Assembly: GCA_003552565.1 (NCBI GenBank)
Contig: PUNB01000262.1
Coordinates: 1-28,707 of the forward strand
From: Lentisphaerota bacterium
GTDB taxonomy: Bacteria; Verrucomicrobiota; Lentisphaeria; Oligosphaerales; PUNB01
Reading direction: 5' to 3'
DNA length: 28,707 nucleotides
In this document: positions 8,177-16,076 of the stretch, one piece after another
How the letters are laid out: every line of letters begins with the position of its first letter
Position numbering within the stretch: position 1 is the first letter of the stretch
The notes under the pieces: model-generated
What the model saw: only the letters and a program-made list of their open reading frames with translations
Database searches by the model: none
Told to the model about the DNA's origin: nothing
Program-made: the position numbers and the translations under genes

Positions 8177-9841
8177 TTGATTTTTCATAGTCTTTTTCGG
8201 CTGTATAGTATGGCTATGCGTTTCTGGCGTAAAATAGACAAAAAGGATTCTTCCGGCGATGGCAAGAAAAAAGCCGGCCGCACTCGCTGGCGCCGCCGTC
8301 TGGTGCTTTGCTGCCTGGGATTGCTGCTGACGATATATCTGCTCGGGCTGCTGCTGAATCTGGGCTCCGGCAATATCAGCGGTACGAATGTGGCCAGCCC
8401 GGTTATGTCTGTAAACCCCGAGAATCTACGGCTGCTGTTCGATATCACCGGTGTTGACGAGGAGGGGAGCAGGGTCACTGAACAGGAGATATTCGACACT
8501 TTGCTGGAGATGATTGAGGAGGCCGAAGAACAGATTATTCTGGATATGTTTCTAGTAAATCGTTTTCGGGGTCCGGAGGATGATGAGTTTTACCGGGATG
8601 TCACCCAGGAACTGGTGGAAGCTTTGGTCGAGACGAAACAGCGGAACCCGGAGATTTTTATTCTTTTCATTACCGATCCTATCAACAGTCTTTACCAAAC
8701 CTCCTGTCCGCCGGATCTGCTGCCTTTGAAAGAGGCGGGGGGACATGTGATACTGACAGATCTTCGACAGCTGCCCGACAGCAATTTTGTTTACTCTCCT
8801 TTCTATCGGGTGATCAGTTATTTCAACTTTGTGCTGGCGCCGGTCATGGATTTATCTTTCCTGCCGAATCCATTCGAGGAGCACGGGGAGAGTTTTTCGC
8901 CGCGGCAGTTGTCACGTTTACTGAATTTCAAAGCTAATCATCGCAAAGTGGCGGCGGTGCGGCGGGCTGACGGCAGCTGGCGCGCCCTGATCAGCTCCGG
9001 CAATCCCCACAGCGCCAGCAGCGCCCACGGCAATGTGGCGGTGGAACTGGCGCGGGAAGGACCGATACAGGAAATTGTGTTCAGTGAGTATAACCTGGCC
9101 AGGGCTTCGCTTTTGCGGAGACCGGAGCTGTATTTCGGTCCTGACGCCGCCATCAGGCTGGTGCGACAGCTGGAAGGAAAAATGCGGGATTGGCCTGGAG
9201 AAACTCCCGCTTATGAAGGGGAGGATAAAGTCCTGGTGCAGTATTTATCCGAAGAAAAAGTTGCTCGGCGATTGGTCCGTCTGCTGATCTCGGCTGAGGA
9301 AGGGGATAAGATTCAAATAATGATGTTTTACCTTTCCGATCCGGGGGTGATCTCGGAACTCAAAGAGGCCGTTCACCGCGGCGCTTCCGTCCGTCTCCTT
9401 CTGGACCCCAATAAAGATGCTTTTGGAAGAGAGAAGCATGGTGTTCCGAATCGAGTCACCGCGGCCCGGCTGTATAATTGGGCGACAGAGAAAGAAGAGC
9501 GCGATTTACATTTGCGCTGGTTTGACACGCATGGAGAACAGGCTCACTTTAAGGCTCTGAGAAAATTCAATGAAGACAAGGGAACCGAAAATCTGATGGT
9601 TGGTTCCTCCAATTTTACTATTCGTAATTTGCGCGATCAAAATCTTGAATCTGTTCTTTATTTGCGGAATGCGCGTCAAAAGGGAGAACAATTCGGAGAG
9701 GTGTTTGATCGGCTTTGGGATAACCAGGGGGAGCTGCATTACACGGTTGGTTATGAAAAATACCAGGCGGAAGGGATGCGTTTATCCTTTAAGGGGGCAA
9801 TGAAATTTATCGGCAACACCACCGGCCTTTGCACGTACTGA
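8177..9841 (+). CDS. phospholipase D-superfamily membrane protein (cardiolipin-synthase-like, degenerate HKD motifs)
   Basis: N-terminal Lys/Arg-rich segment, then TM helix 'LVLCCLGLLLTIYLLGLLLNL'. Two PLD-like motifs: 'NHRKVAAV...SSGNPHSASS' and 'HFKALRKF...GSSNFTIRNL'. An alternative start is the ATG at 8210. Confidence 0.6.
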   Translation: MIFHSLFRLYSMAMRFWRKIDKKDSSGDGKKKAGRTRWRRRLVLCCLGLLLTIYLLGLLLNLGSGNISGTNVASPVMSVNPENLRLLFDITGVDEEGSRVTEQEIFDTLLEMIEEAEEQIILDMFLVNRFRGPEDDEFYRDVTQELVEALVETKQRNPEIFILFITDPINSLYQTSCPPDLLPLKEAGGHVILTDLRQLPDSNFVYSPFYRVISYFNFVLAPVMDLSFLPNPFEEHGESFSPRQLSRLLNFKANHRKVAAVRRADGSWRALISSGNPHSASSAHGNVAVELAREGPIQEIVFSEYNLARASLLRRPELYFGPDAAIRLVRQLEGKMRDWPGETPAYEGEDKVLVQYLSEEKVARRLVRLLISAEEGDKIQIMMFYLSDPGVISELKEAVHRGASVRLLLDPNKDAFGREKHGVPNRVTAARLYNWATEKEERDLHLRWFDTHGEQAHFKALRKFNEDKGTENLMVGSSNFTIRNLRDQNLESVLYLRNARQKGEQFGEVFDRLWDNQGELHYTVGYEKYQAEGMRLSFKGAMKFIGNTTGLCTY

Positions 9842-9861
9842 TGTCTGCCGCGGGAAAACAG

Positions 9862-10719
9862 ATGAACACAATAATCACTCCGCGAAACAAAGCAACTAAT
9901 CGAGCAGTTCCGGCTTTCATTGCCGGTCTGTCACTGCTGACTATGTTGGCGGTTTCCCTGATTCCGGGAGCCAGGAATGTTGTAAGCGGCGGGGTTCGTC
10001 CGATTTTGAGCGGCTCCCGGCAGGGAGTCAATTGGGCAATGGAAGGAGTGCGCGGCATGATTCCGCTGTCGGCCATGGAACGACGGCGGCTGGAATCTTT
10101 ACAGGAGGAAGTATATCGTCTGCGCACTGAGCTTACGGTGGCGGAACAGGTTAAGGAGGAAAACAAACAATTGCGTCAACAATTGGAATTGGCGCCGATG
10201 GCCGGCTGGGAAAGATTGACGGCCTTGGTGATCGCCCGCGACCCGATTTCCTGGAATCGGCGTTTCCGGATCAATCGCGGCGCCAAACATGGGGTGATTG
10301 AGGGGAACCTGGTGCTGCGCGGTGATCAGGCGGTGGGAAGGGTGATTGAAGCGGGAGAGACAAGCTCCATGGTGGCCGTGTTGTCGAACCCGGAGTGCAG
10401 ATTGAGCGTCCGCCTGCGGGAACATGAAGTGACTGGAGTAATGATGGGGCTGGATCCCGCGGAAAACAGGTCCACACGCAGACCTATGGCCCGAATTGAT
10501 TATCTGCCGGTGGATGTGGATTACGAAAGCGGCGACATTGTTGAAACCTCCGGCCTCAGCGGTTTGGCGCCGGGCGGCATTGAGGTGGGACGGCTGCTGG
10601 CGGATGATAGGCGGCGGCAGAGTGAACCGGAAGAGCTTCCTTTCGCCCGTCTGAATATGGAACCGGTGGCGGAACTGAGTAACCTGAGAGTTGTCACAGT
10701 GCTGTCAGGCGGAGAATGA
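9862..10719 (+). CDS. mreC: rod-shape-determining protein MreC
   Basis: TM helix, coiled coil ('LQEEVYRLRTELTVAEQVKEENKQLRQQL'), then MreC beta domains ('VIARDPISWNRRFRINRGAKHGVIEGNLVL..GDQAVGRV', 'GDIVETSGLSGLAPGGIEVGRL'). I preferred the start at the internal ATG (MNTIITP) to avoid overlap with the upstream gene. The ORF-track start 9829 is possible. Confidence 0.75.
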   Translation: MNTIITPRNKATNRAVPAFIAGLSLLTMLAVSLIPGARNVVSGGVRPILSGSRQGVNWAMEGVRGMIPLSAMERRRLESLQEEVYRLRTELTVAEQVKEENKQLRQQLELAPMAGWERLTALVIARDPISWNRRFRINRGAKHGVIEGNLVLRGDQAVGRVIEAGETSSMVAVLSNPECRLSVRLREHEVTGVMMGLDPAENRSTRRPMARIDYLPVDVDYESGDIVETSGLSGLAPGGIEVGRLLADDRRRQSEPEELPFARLNMEPVAELSNLRVVTVLSGGE

Positions 10720-10765
10720 AATTAACGGAATCAGGACATAGTATGAAAAACATCGGGGTGTGTTA

Positions 10766-10984
10766 ATGAAATTGCGAATACCTAAAGACGGTGATCAGCT
10801 GCTGGAAATGGAATATCTGGAGATGCGGGCTCATCTTCTGGAAGTGGCCGCCGCCTTTGATCGTATTGAGCGGGCCGGAGGAACGTCTGACAGCCGCTTG
10901 GATCTGCTGCGCCGGCTTGGAAGGATCGCCGTGGAAGAGAAAAGTGATCGCGCCCAGCGGGTTCTGAATGAACTGTCCGAATGA
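10766..10984 (+). CDS. hypothetical small protein (72 aa, helical, charged)
   Basis: ORF 'MKLRIPKDGDQLLEMEYLEMRAHLLEVAAAFDRIERAGG...'. GGGGTG lies 6-11 nt upstream of the ATG (a GTG at 10760 is also possible). No family recognised. Confidence 0.4.
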   Translation: MKLRIPKDGDQLLEMEYLEMRAHLLEVAAAFDRIERAGGTSDSRLDLLRRLGRIAVEEKSDRAQRVLNELSE

Positions 10985-11319
10985 GTTTCGAGTCGGTATG
11001 GAATACAGGTTTCGGGTTTCAGAAAGGCTGTTTTGTACTTTCCTAGTCTCGCACCTTGTCTCGCACTTAGTCTGAAAAATGAGGAATCGACAGAAAACCA
11101 GACAAGGTGCGAGACAAAGTTTTATTTTTTTGTGCGTGTAGAGACTGCAAACACCTTTTCGCAGAGGGTCTAGCTATTAATAAGGTGTCAACTTTTAGTC
11201 AGGACTTGACACACCTGGACACTGAAACCTGAAACCACGAAGCCTCACATAAGTGAGTTTTATAATGAGATATTCGGCCGGCATTCGGACTTGGGAAACT
11301 AAAAAAAAGAAGTTATTTT

Positions 11320-12153
11320 ATGCGTATTATTGAACCACATATACATATGATTGCCCGTACGACAGCGGATTATGAACGGATGGCCAGAATGCACACGGTG
11401 GCGTGCTGTGAGCCTTCCTTCTGGGCCGGCTATGACCGAACTTCCGCGCTGGCTTTTCATGATTACTTTACCCATATCACCACTTTTGAACCGCAAAGAG
11501 CGGCGCAATACCTGATTGAGCATTATGCCTGGATATGCATGAATCCCAAGGAGGCTGACAATCTGTCTTTGGCCAAGGAGGTTGTTGCGTTTATACCGGA
11601 GTTTCTCGATAAACCCAATGTGCTGGGCATCGGAGAAATCGGTTTGAATAAAAATACCGATAATGAAATGGAAATCTTCACCATGCAGGTGGAAATGGCC
11701 GTGGAAAGGGATTTGCCGATGTGGATTCATGCTCCTCATCTGGATGATAAACTTAAAGGCACCCGCAAAATGATTGATTATCTGCGCGGCCACGGCGGGG
11801 TTGACCCGGAGAAAGTCTGCTTCGATCATGCTGAAGAACATACCGTGGGCATGATCAAGGACGCTGGTTTCTGGTCCTCCATGACCATTTATCCGATTAC
11901 TAAAAATTCTCCTAAGAGGGTGGTTGACATACTCGAAGTTTACGGCGCCGACCGCATGATGGTGGACGCTTCCGGAGACTGGGGGCCTTCGGATCCAGGC
12001 ACTTTGCATGACGCCGTCTTCGAGATGCGGAGAAGGGGGTACGATGATGACACGGTGGAGACGGTTTTTTATGATAATCCTTGTTACTTCCTTGGTCAAT
12101 CTCCGAAATTCCGCCCGCGGCCTCGAAAAAGCCGGGAGCAGGCCTGGAACTGA
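11320..12153 (+). CDS. TIM-barrel metal-dependent hydrolase (TatD/COG1099-like)
   Basis: N-terminal 'MRIIEPHIHM' metal-binding HxH motif. Further His/Asp ligands at 'WIHAPH' and 'CFDHAEEH'. The antisense 301-aa ORF was rejected. Confidence 0.6.
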   Translation: MRIIEPHIHMIARTTADYERMARMHTVACCEPSFWAGYDRTSALAFHDYFTHITTFEPQRAAQYLIEHYAWICMNPKEADNLSLAKEVVAFIPEFLDKPNVLGIGEIGLNKNTDNEMEIFTMQVEMAVERDLPMWIHAPHLDDKLKGTRKMIDYLRGHGGVDPEKVCFDHAEEHTVGMIKDAGFWSSMTIYPITKNSPKRVVDILEVYGADRMMVDASGDWGPSDPGTLHDAVFEMRRRGYDDDTVETVFYDNPCYFLGQSPKFRPRPRKSREQAWN

Positions 12154-12471
12154 ACACCTGACCGGGGCAGACGTGATTCGGCCGGGGCGTAATGTGTCAG
12201 TCATAGGAGCACGAATTTCCCACCTTTCACTGAAGCATTACTCCGAAACTGTCCATGCGCTTGCAATTACACGGATGCCAATTACTATTTCTGTTCCGGG
12301 GTATCTGGCGCCTTGCGCCGGGGGCGGGGCTTATCTGAAGCACAGTTTTGAATATTGAATGGTGAATATTGAACTTGGAATTTTTACCTGAAACCTGACA
12401 CCAGAAACCAAGCTGTTACCCATTCGTTTTGAGCAAGAGTCGCGTTTCATTCCAAACCAGCGGTGTAAAAA

Positions 12472-12678
12472 ATGATCAGCGAGAAGTTGTTATCTATCCT
12501 CGGGTGTCCGGCTTGTGAGCAGCGCCCCGCTCTTACACCGGTAAAAAAAGACGAGGGAGAATATCTGGCCTGCGAACAGTGCGGCCTGCTTTACCCGATT
12601 CGGGATGACATTCCGATTATGCTGGTTGATCAGGCGCTCCGTCCTTCCAAGGCGGCGGAGAGTTCCAAGCCTGAATAA
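12472..12678 (+). CDS. Trm112-like (DUF343/YcaR) small zinc-finger protein
   Basis: 'LLSILGCPACEQ...LACEQCGLLYPIRDDIPIMLVDQA' is the canonical Trm112p/YcaR motif. Confidence 0.75.
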   Translation: MISEKLLSILGCPACEQRPALTPVKKDEGEYLACEQCGLLYPIRDDIPIMLVDQALRPSKAAESSKPE

Positions 12679-12917
12679 TTCACGAGCCAAGATTACCGTC
12701 TGGCCACTTGCAGACTAAATAGAAAAAAAATAACATAACATGACAAAAATAAAACCACTGCGCGGACGGATTGTTCCGTCCGAATAAAATTCAAACCTTG
12801 TCCAGAACCTGAATCTATTTGGACTTTGGTTCAGGAGAAGGTTAGTTCCGTCATCCTTTGGAACGACTGTGTAATTGTTTCTAAACCGAAAACCCAAAAA
12901 CGCCAAGGAGCATAAAT

Positions 12918-13274
12918 ATGAGCACTGGTTATCATGAAGCAGGTTTAAGTCAGAAAACTCAGAATATCCATCGGGCCATCGCCAGTTTGCAGGAAGAACT
13001 GGAAGCGGTGGACTGGTATAATCAGCGCGCTGATGTGACTGAGGACGCGGAATTGAAAGCGGTTCTTGAACACAACCGCAATGAAGAGATTGAGCACGCC
13101 GGTATGCTGCTTGAATATCTCCGTCGCAATATGAGCGAGTTTGACGAGCAATTGTCGACCTACCTGTTTTCCACTCTGCCGATCACCCAGATCGAAGAGG
13201 CTGAAGAGGGCGGGGAAAATGACGCTCCCGGCGACGTCTCCAGCTCTGGCTTGGGCATTGGGAAAATGGATTAG
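12918..13274 (+). CDS. encapsulated ferritin-like protein (EncFtn/Flp) cargo with C-terminal encapsulin targeting peptide
   Basis: 'EELEAVDWYNQRADVTEDAELKAVLEHNRNEEIEHAGMLLEYLRR' is the EncFtn di-iron motif region. The Gly-rich linker ends in 'SSGLGIGKMD', resembling the family-1 cargo-loading peptide (GSLGIGxL). Confidence 0.8.
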   Translation: MSTGYHEAGLSQKTQNIHRAIASLQEELEAVDWYNQRADVTEDAELKAVLEHNRNEEIEHAGMLLEYLRRNMSEFDEQLSTYLFSTLPITQIEEAEEGGENDAPGDVSSSGLGIGKMD

Positions 13275-13346
13275 CTCAGTTCTTGATGCCTTGGTAGTGA
13301 ACTGATTTATTGCTTTGTATTATCAAAAAACATAAGGAAATGAAAG

Positions 13347-14153
13347 ATGGATATTTTAAAAAGATCACTGGCTCCAATCACTGACAGCGCCTGGAATGAG
13401 ATTGATCAGGAAGCGGCGCGCGTTTTGAGAGGCAATCTGGCTTTTCGCGGCCTGGTGGACTTCGTCGGACCCGAGGGCTGGGAGAAGGCGGCGGTCAATC
13501 TGGGCACCATGAAAGAAGGCGGCAAGCAGCTGGTGAAAGGAGTTAACTGGGGATTACGTCAGGTTCAGCCTTTGACCGAAATCAGAGTGCCCTTTTCTCT
13601 TGATATATGGGAGTTGGACAACTTGGAACGCGGCGCCCAGGCACCCGATCTGGACGCGGTCACGCAGGCGGCTCAACAAGGAGCGGTCTTTGAGGAAACG
13701 GCTGTTCTCAACGGTTTTTCCGAGGCTCAGATCACCGGCATCGGTCAGGCGGCCGGCAAACCGATCGGCATGTCCAAGAACCCAGCCGATTGCCTCGCCG
13801 CTTTTGAAGAAGGCATCGTGGCCTTGCAGAAGCAGGGAATCAACGGTCCATACCAGCTGGTTCTGGGAACGGAAGCCTATCAAATGATAATGGCCGGTGA
13901 TGATAAAGGTTATCCTCTGCACAAGCGCGTACAGGAATTGACCGGAACCGACATCAAATGGAGTCCGGCAGTGATGCAGGCGGGGATTATTTTAAGCTGT
14001 CGCGGCGGTGATTATGTCTTCACCTGCGGCCAGGATTTTTCCATCGGCTATCATTCACATTCAACCAAGGCGGTTAATCTGTTTTTAACCGAGTCTTTTA
14101 CTTTCCAGGTTCTGGAACCCGCGGCGGCGGTCAGTATATCCTGGAAAAAGTGA
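13347..14153 (+). CDS. family-1 encapsulin nanocompartment shell protein (linocin M18-like, HK97 fold)
   Basis: Collinear similarity to the T. maritima encapsulin: 'MDILKRSLAPITDSAWNEID', 'WGLRQVQPLTEIRVPFSLDIWELDNLERG', 'GPYQLVLGTEAYQ', 'GYPLHKRVQELTG', 'GQDFSIGYHSHSTKAVNLFLTESFTFQVLEP'. Confidence 0.9.
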   Translation: MDILKRSLAPITDSAWNEIDQEAARVLRGNLAFRGLVDFVGPEGWEKAAVNLGTMKEGGKQLVKGVNWGLRQVQPLTEIRVPFSLDIWELDNLERGAQAPDLDAVTQAAQQGAVFEETAVLNGFSEAQITGIGQAAGKPIGMSKNPADCLAAFEEGIVALQKQGINGPYQLVLGTEAYQMIMAGDDKGYPLHKRVQELTGTDIKWSPAVMQAGIILSCRGGDYVFTCGQDFSIGYHSHSTKAVNLFLTESFTFQVLEPAAAVSISWKK

Positions 14154-14215
14154 CGGTTTGGCCTGAAATAAATTGCGAGTCAAATTTGCCGCATGGCCGA
14201 ATTTGCATGCATTAA

Positions 14216-14662
14216 TCAGGCGTTTTTCTCGAGGATAATGGTGACTGGGCCGTCATTGGTCAAACTTACCCGCATATCGGCGGCGAAAATGCCAGTGGCG
14301 ACCTTCAGGCCGGTTGTGTCCTGGATGACCTGACTGAAGAGTTGATAAAGCGGGTCGGAAATTTCCGGCGGCGCCGCTTCCACAAAGCTGGGGCGGCGCC
14401 CTTTGGCACAGTCACCGTAAAGAGTGAACTGTGATACAACCATGATTTCGCCGCCGATATCCTGGACTGAACGATTCATGCGCTGCTGCTGATCCCGGAA
14501 GATCCTTAAATTGGCGCATTTGTCGGCGAGCCAGCGTGCTTCCTTTTCCGTGTCGTCATGGTGAACTCCCAGCAGAATAACCAGCCCCGGGCCGATTTCG
14601 CCGACAGTTTCATTGTCCACCTCCACTCGGGCATCCGTAACTCTCTGCACTACCGCTTTCAT
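14216..14662 (-). CDS. dtd: D-aminoacyl-tRNA deacylase
   Basis: 'MKAVVQRVTDARVEV...GPGLVILLGVHHDDTEKEARWLADKCANLRIFRD...SQFTLYGDCAKGRRPSF'. Confidence 0.9.
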   Translation of the reverse strand: MKAVVQRVTDARVEVDNETVGEIGPGLVILLGVHHDDTEKEARWLADKCANLRIFRDQQQRMNRSVQDIGGEIMVVSQFTLYGDCAKGRRPSFVEAAPPEISDPLYQLFSQVIQDTTGLKVATGIFAADMRVSLTNDGPVTIILEKNA

Positions 14663-14725
14663 TTTGTCTCTTTTCTTTTCGAGTGATTATATTCTGCGTC
14701 GGTTGTCAAGATTGTGTGAGACTTG

Positions 14726-14976
14726 GAATATATATCCTTGTCTCGAACCTTGTCTCGAACCTTGTCCCGAACCTTGTCCCTAATCCGCCTCAGGCGGATT
14801 AGGGACAAGGTTTTTTATGCCGCACCAGTCTCTCGCTCGGAGTATCAGGCTCCTCGAGCCAGCGGTCAGGCTTATGTGAAACTCAGCCTTGTCTACCTCA
14901 GGCGGATCTGGTTTTCTTTCGATTCCTCATTTTTCGGACTAAGTGCGAGACAAGGTGCGAGACAAGGTGAGCACAA
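14726..14976. repeat. composite structured element: 4x tandem 12-mer 'CCTTGTCTCGAA', a 12-bp-stem palindrome with T6, and inverted 12-mer copies at the far end
   Basis: 14736-14783 holds the tandem 12-mers. 14779-14815 is 'CCCTAATCCGCC-TCAG-GGCGGATTAGGG ACAAGGTTTTTT'. 14946-14970 is 'GTGCGAGACAAGGTGCGAGACAAGG', the inverse of the 12-mer. A 'GGCTTATGTGAAACTCAGCC' box lies at 14859-14878. Confidence 0.7.
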
Positions 14977-15007
14977 AATCAGGTCTCAACCCCTTTCCGG
15001 ACGGGCT

Positions 15008-15940
15008 CTATCTAAGGCTGTTTGCAGTGTTTTTCGAGGCGCGCGCCGCACCATGCCAGGTCCACACATTGCCGCTGAATTCTTTTTCAGCTTTTAACGC
15101 CGCGGCGGCTGCTTGTTCTTCAGAGTTGAACACGGCGAAAACCGTCGGGCCGCTGCCGGAAACATGGCTTGCCATGGAATCTTGATTCCGGAGGAAGTCA
15201 AAAAACATTTGTAATAGAGGAATTTTCTGCAAAAGCGGTTCGTTAAAACGAGTTCGAGTATTTCGGGCAATTTTTTCTAGATCCCCCTCCCACATTGCTT
15301 TTAATAAAGGTATGGAGGAGATTTCCATTAGGTCATCGAAACTTCCGCGGATTCGCTGATAAGCCCAGCCGGCGGAAACGGGGAGGCCGCCGGGGTTTAA
15401 CAATAGAATCGGAATAGAGCAGTTAAGTGTAACCGGATCCAGTTTATCGCCTATGCCGCGGGCTAAGGAGGGAAGGGGATTCAGGAAGAAGGGCGCGTCA
15501 GCTCCGAGTTGGCGGGCCATTTGATGGCGTCGGCTGTCACCAAGCGTGATTCCGGTTATCTCCTCCAGAGCATTCAGCACGGCGGCGCCGTCTGAACTGC
15601 CGCCGCCCAGGCCTGCGGCCACGGGTATTTTTTTATCGATGTGTATATGCCAGGCCGGGGGGATTTTTGCTTCTTCCGCAAAAGCAATTGCGGCCTGGTA
15701 AACCAAATTGGAGCTGTCAACTGGAACCTGCGGGTGGCTACAGGTGATTTCAGGCTCCCTGCCGTGGATAGGGGTTACAGTTATAGTATCACATAGATCC
15801 GGCAGCGGCAGAAAAACAGACTCCAACTCATGCATCCCGTCGGCTCTTTTGCCGCGAATGGCCAGGAACAGATTTATCTTCGCCGGTGTCTTAACGATTA
15901 CACTACGGATGGCAGCTGCTGAATGTTCTGTTTTTAACAT
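15008..15940 (-). CDS. ispE: 4-diphosphocytidyl-2-C-methyl-D-erythritol kinase
   Basis: 'PAKINLFLAIRGKRADGMHELESVF' and 'KIPVAAGLGGGSSDGAAVL' are GHMP-kinase/IspE motifs. The stop overlaps motif A (14990-15014). Confidence 0.85.
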   Translation of the reverse strand: MLKTEHSAAAIRSVIVKTPAKINLFLAIRGKRADGMHELESVFLPLPDLCDTITVTPIHGREPEITCSHPQVPVDSSNLVYQAAIAFAEEAKIPPAWHIHIDKKIPVAAGLGGGSSDGAAVLNALEEITGITLGDSRRHQMARQLGADAPFFLNPLPSLARGIGDKLDPVTLNCSIPILLLNPGGLPVSAGWAYQRIRGSFDDLMEISSIPLLKAMWEGDLEKIARNTRTRFNEPLLQKIPLLQMFFDFLRNQDSMASHVSGSGPTVFAVFNSEEQAAAAALKAEKEFSGNVWTWHGAARASKNTANSLR

Positions 15941-16076
15941 GTGGAGTTTAACAAGTCGTGTTGAATGAACAAAGGTTAAAGATATATTAGAGAATGATTG
16001 CTCTGTCGTTTTTTGTCTGTTTCCGGTGGTAATCTAATTCAAATGATAACAAATAAAAATTGACGAGGTGAATACA

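Noticed and set aside
11299-12204. 301-aa minus-strand ORF opposite the TIM-barrel hydrolase
   Set aside because: The plus-strand product has a clear HxH metal-hydrolase N-terminus and a coherent domain. The minus-strand translation has no recognisable features.
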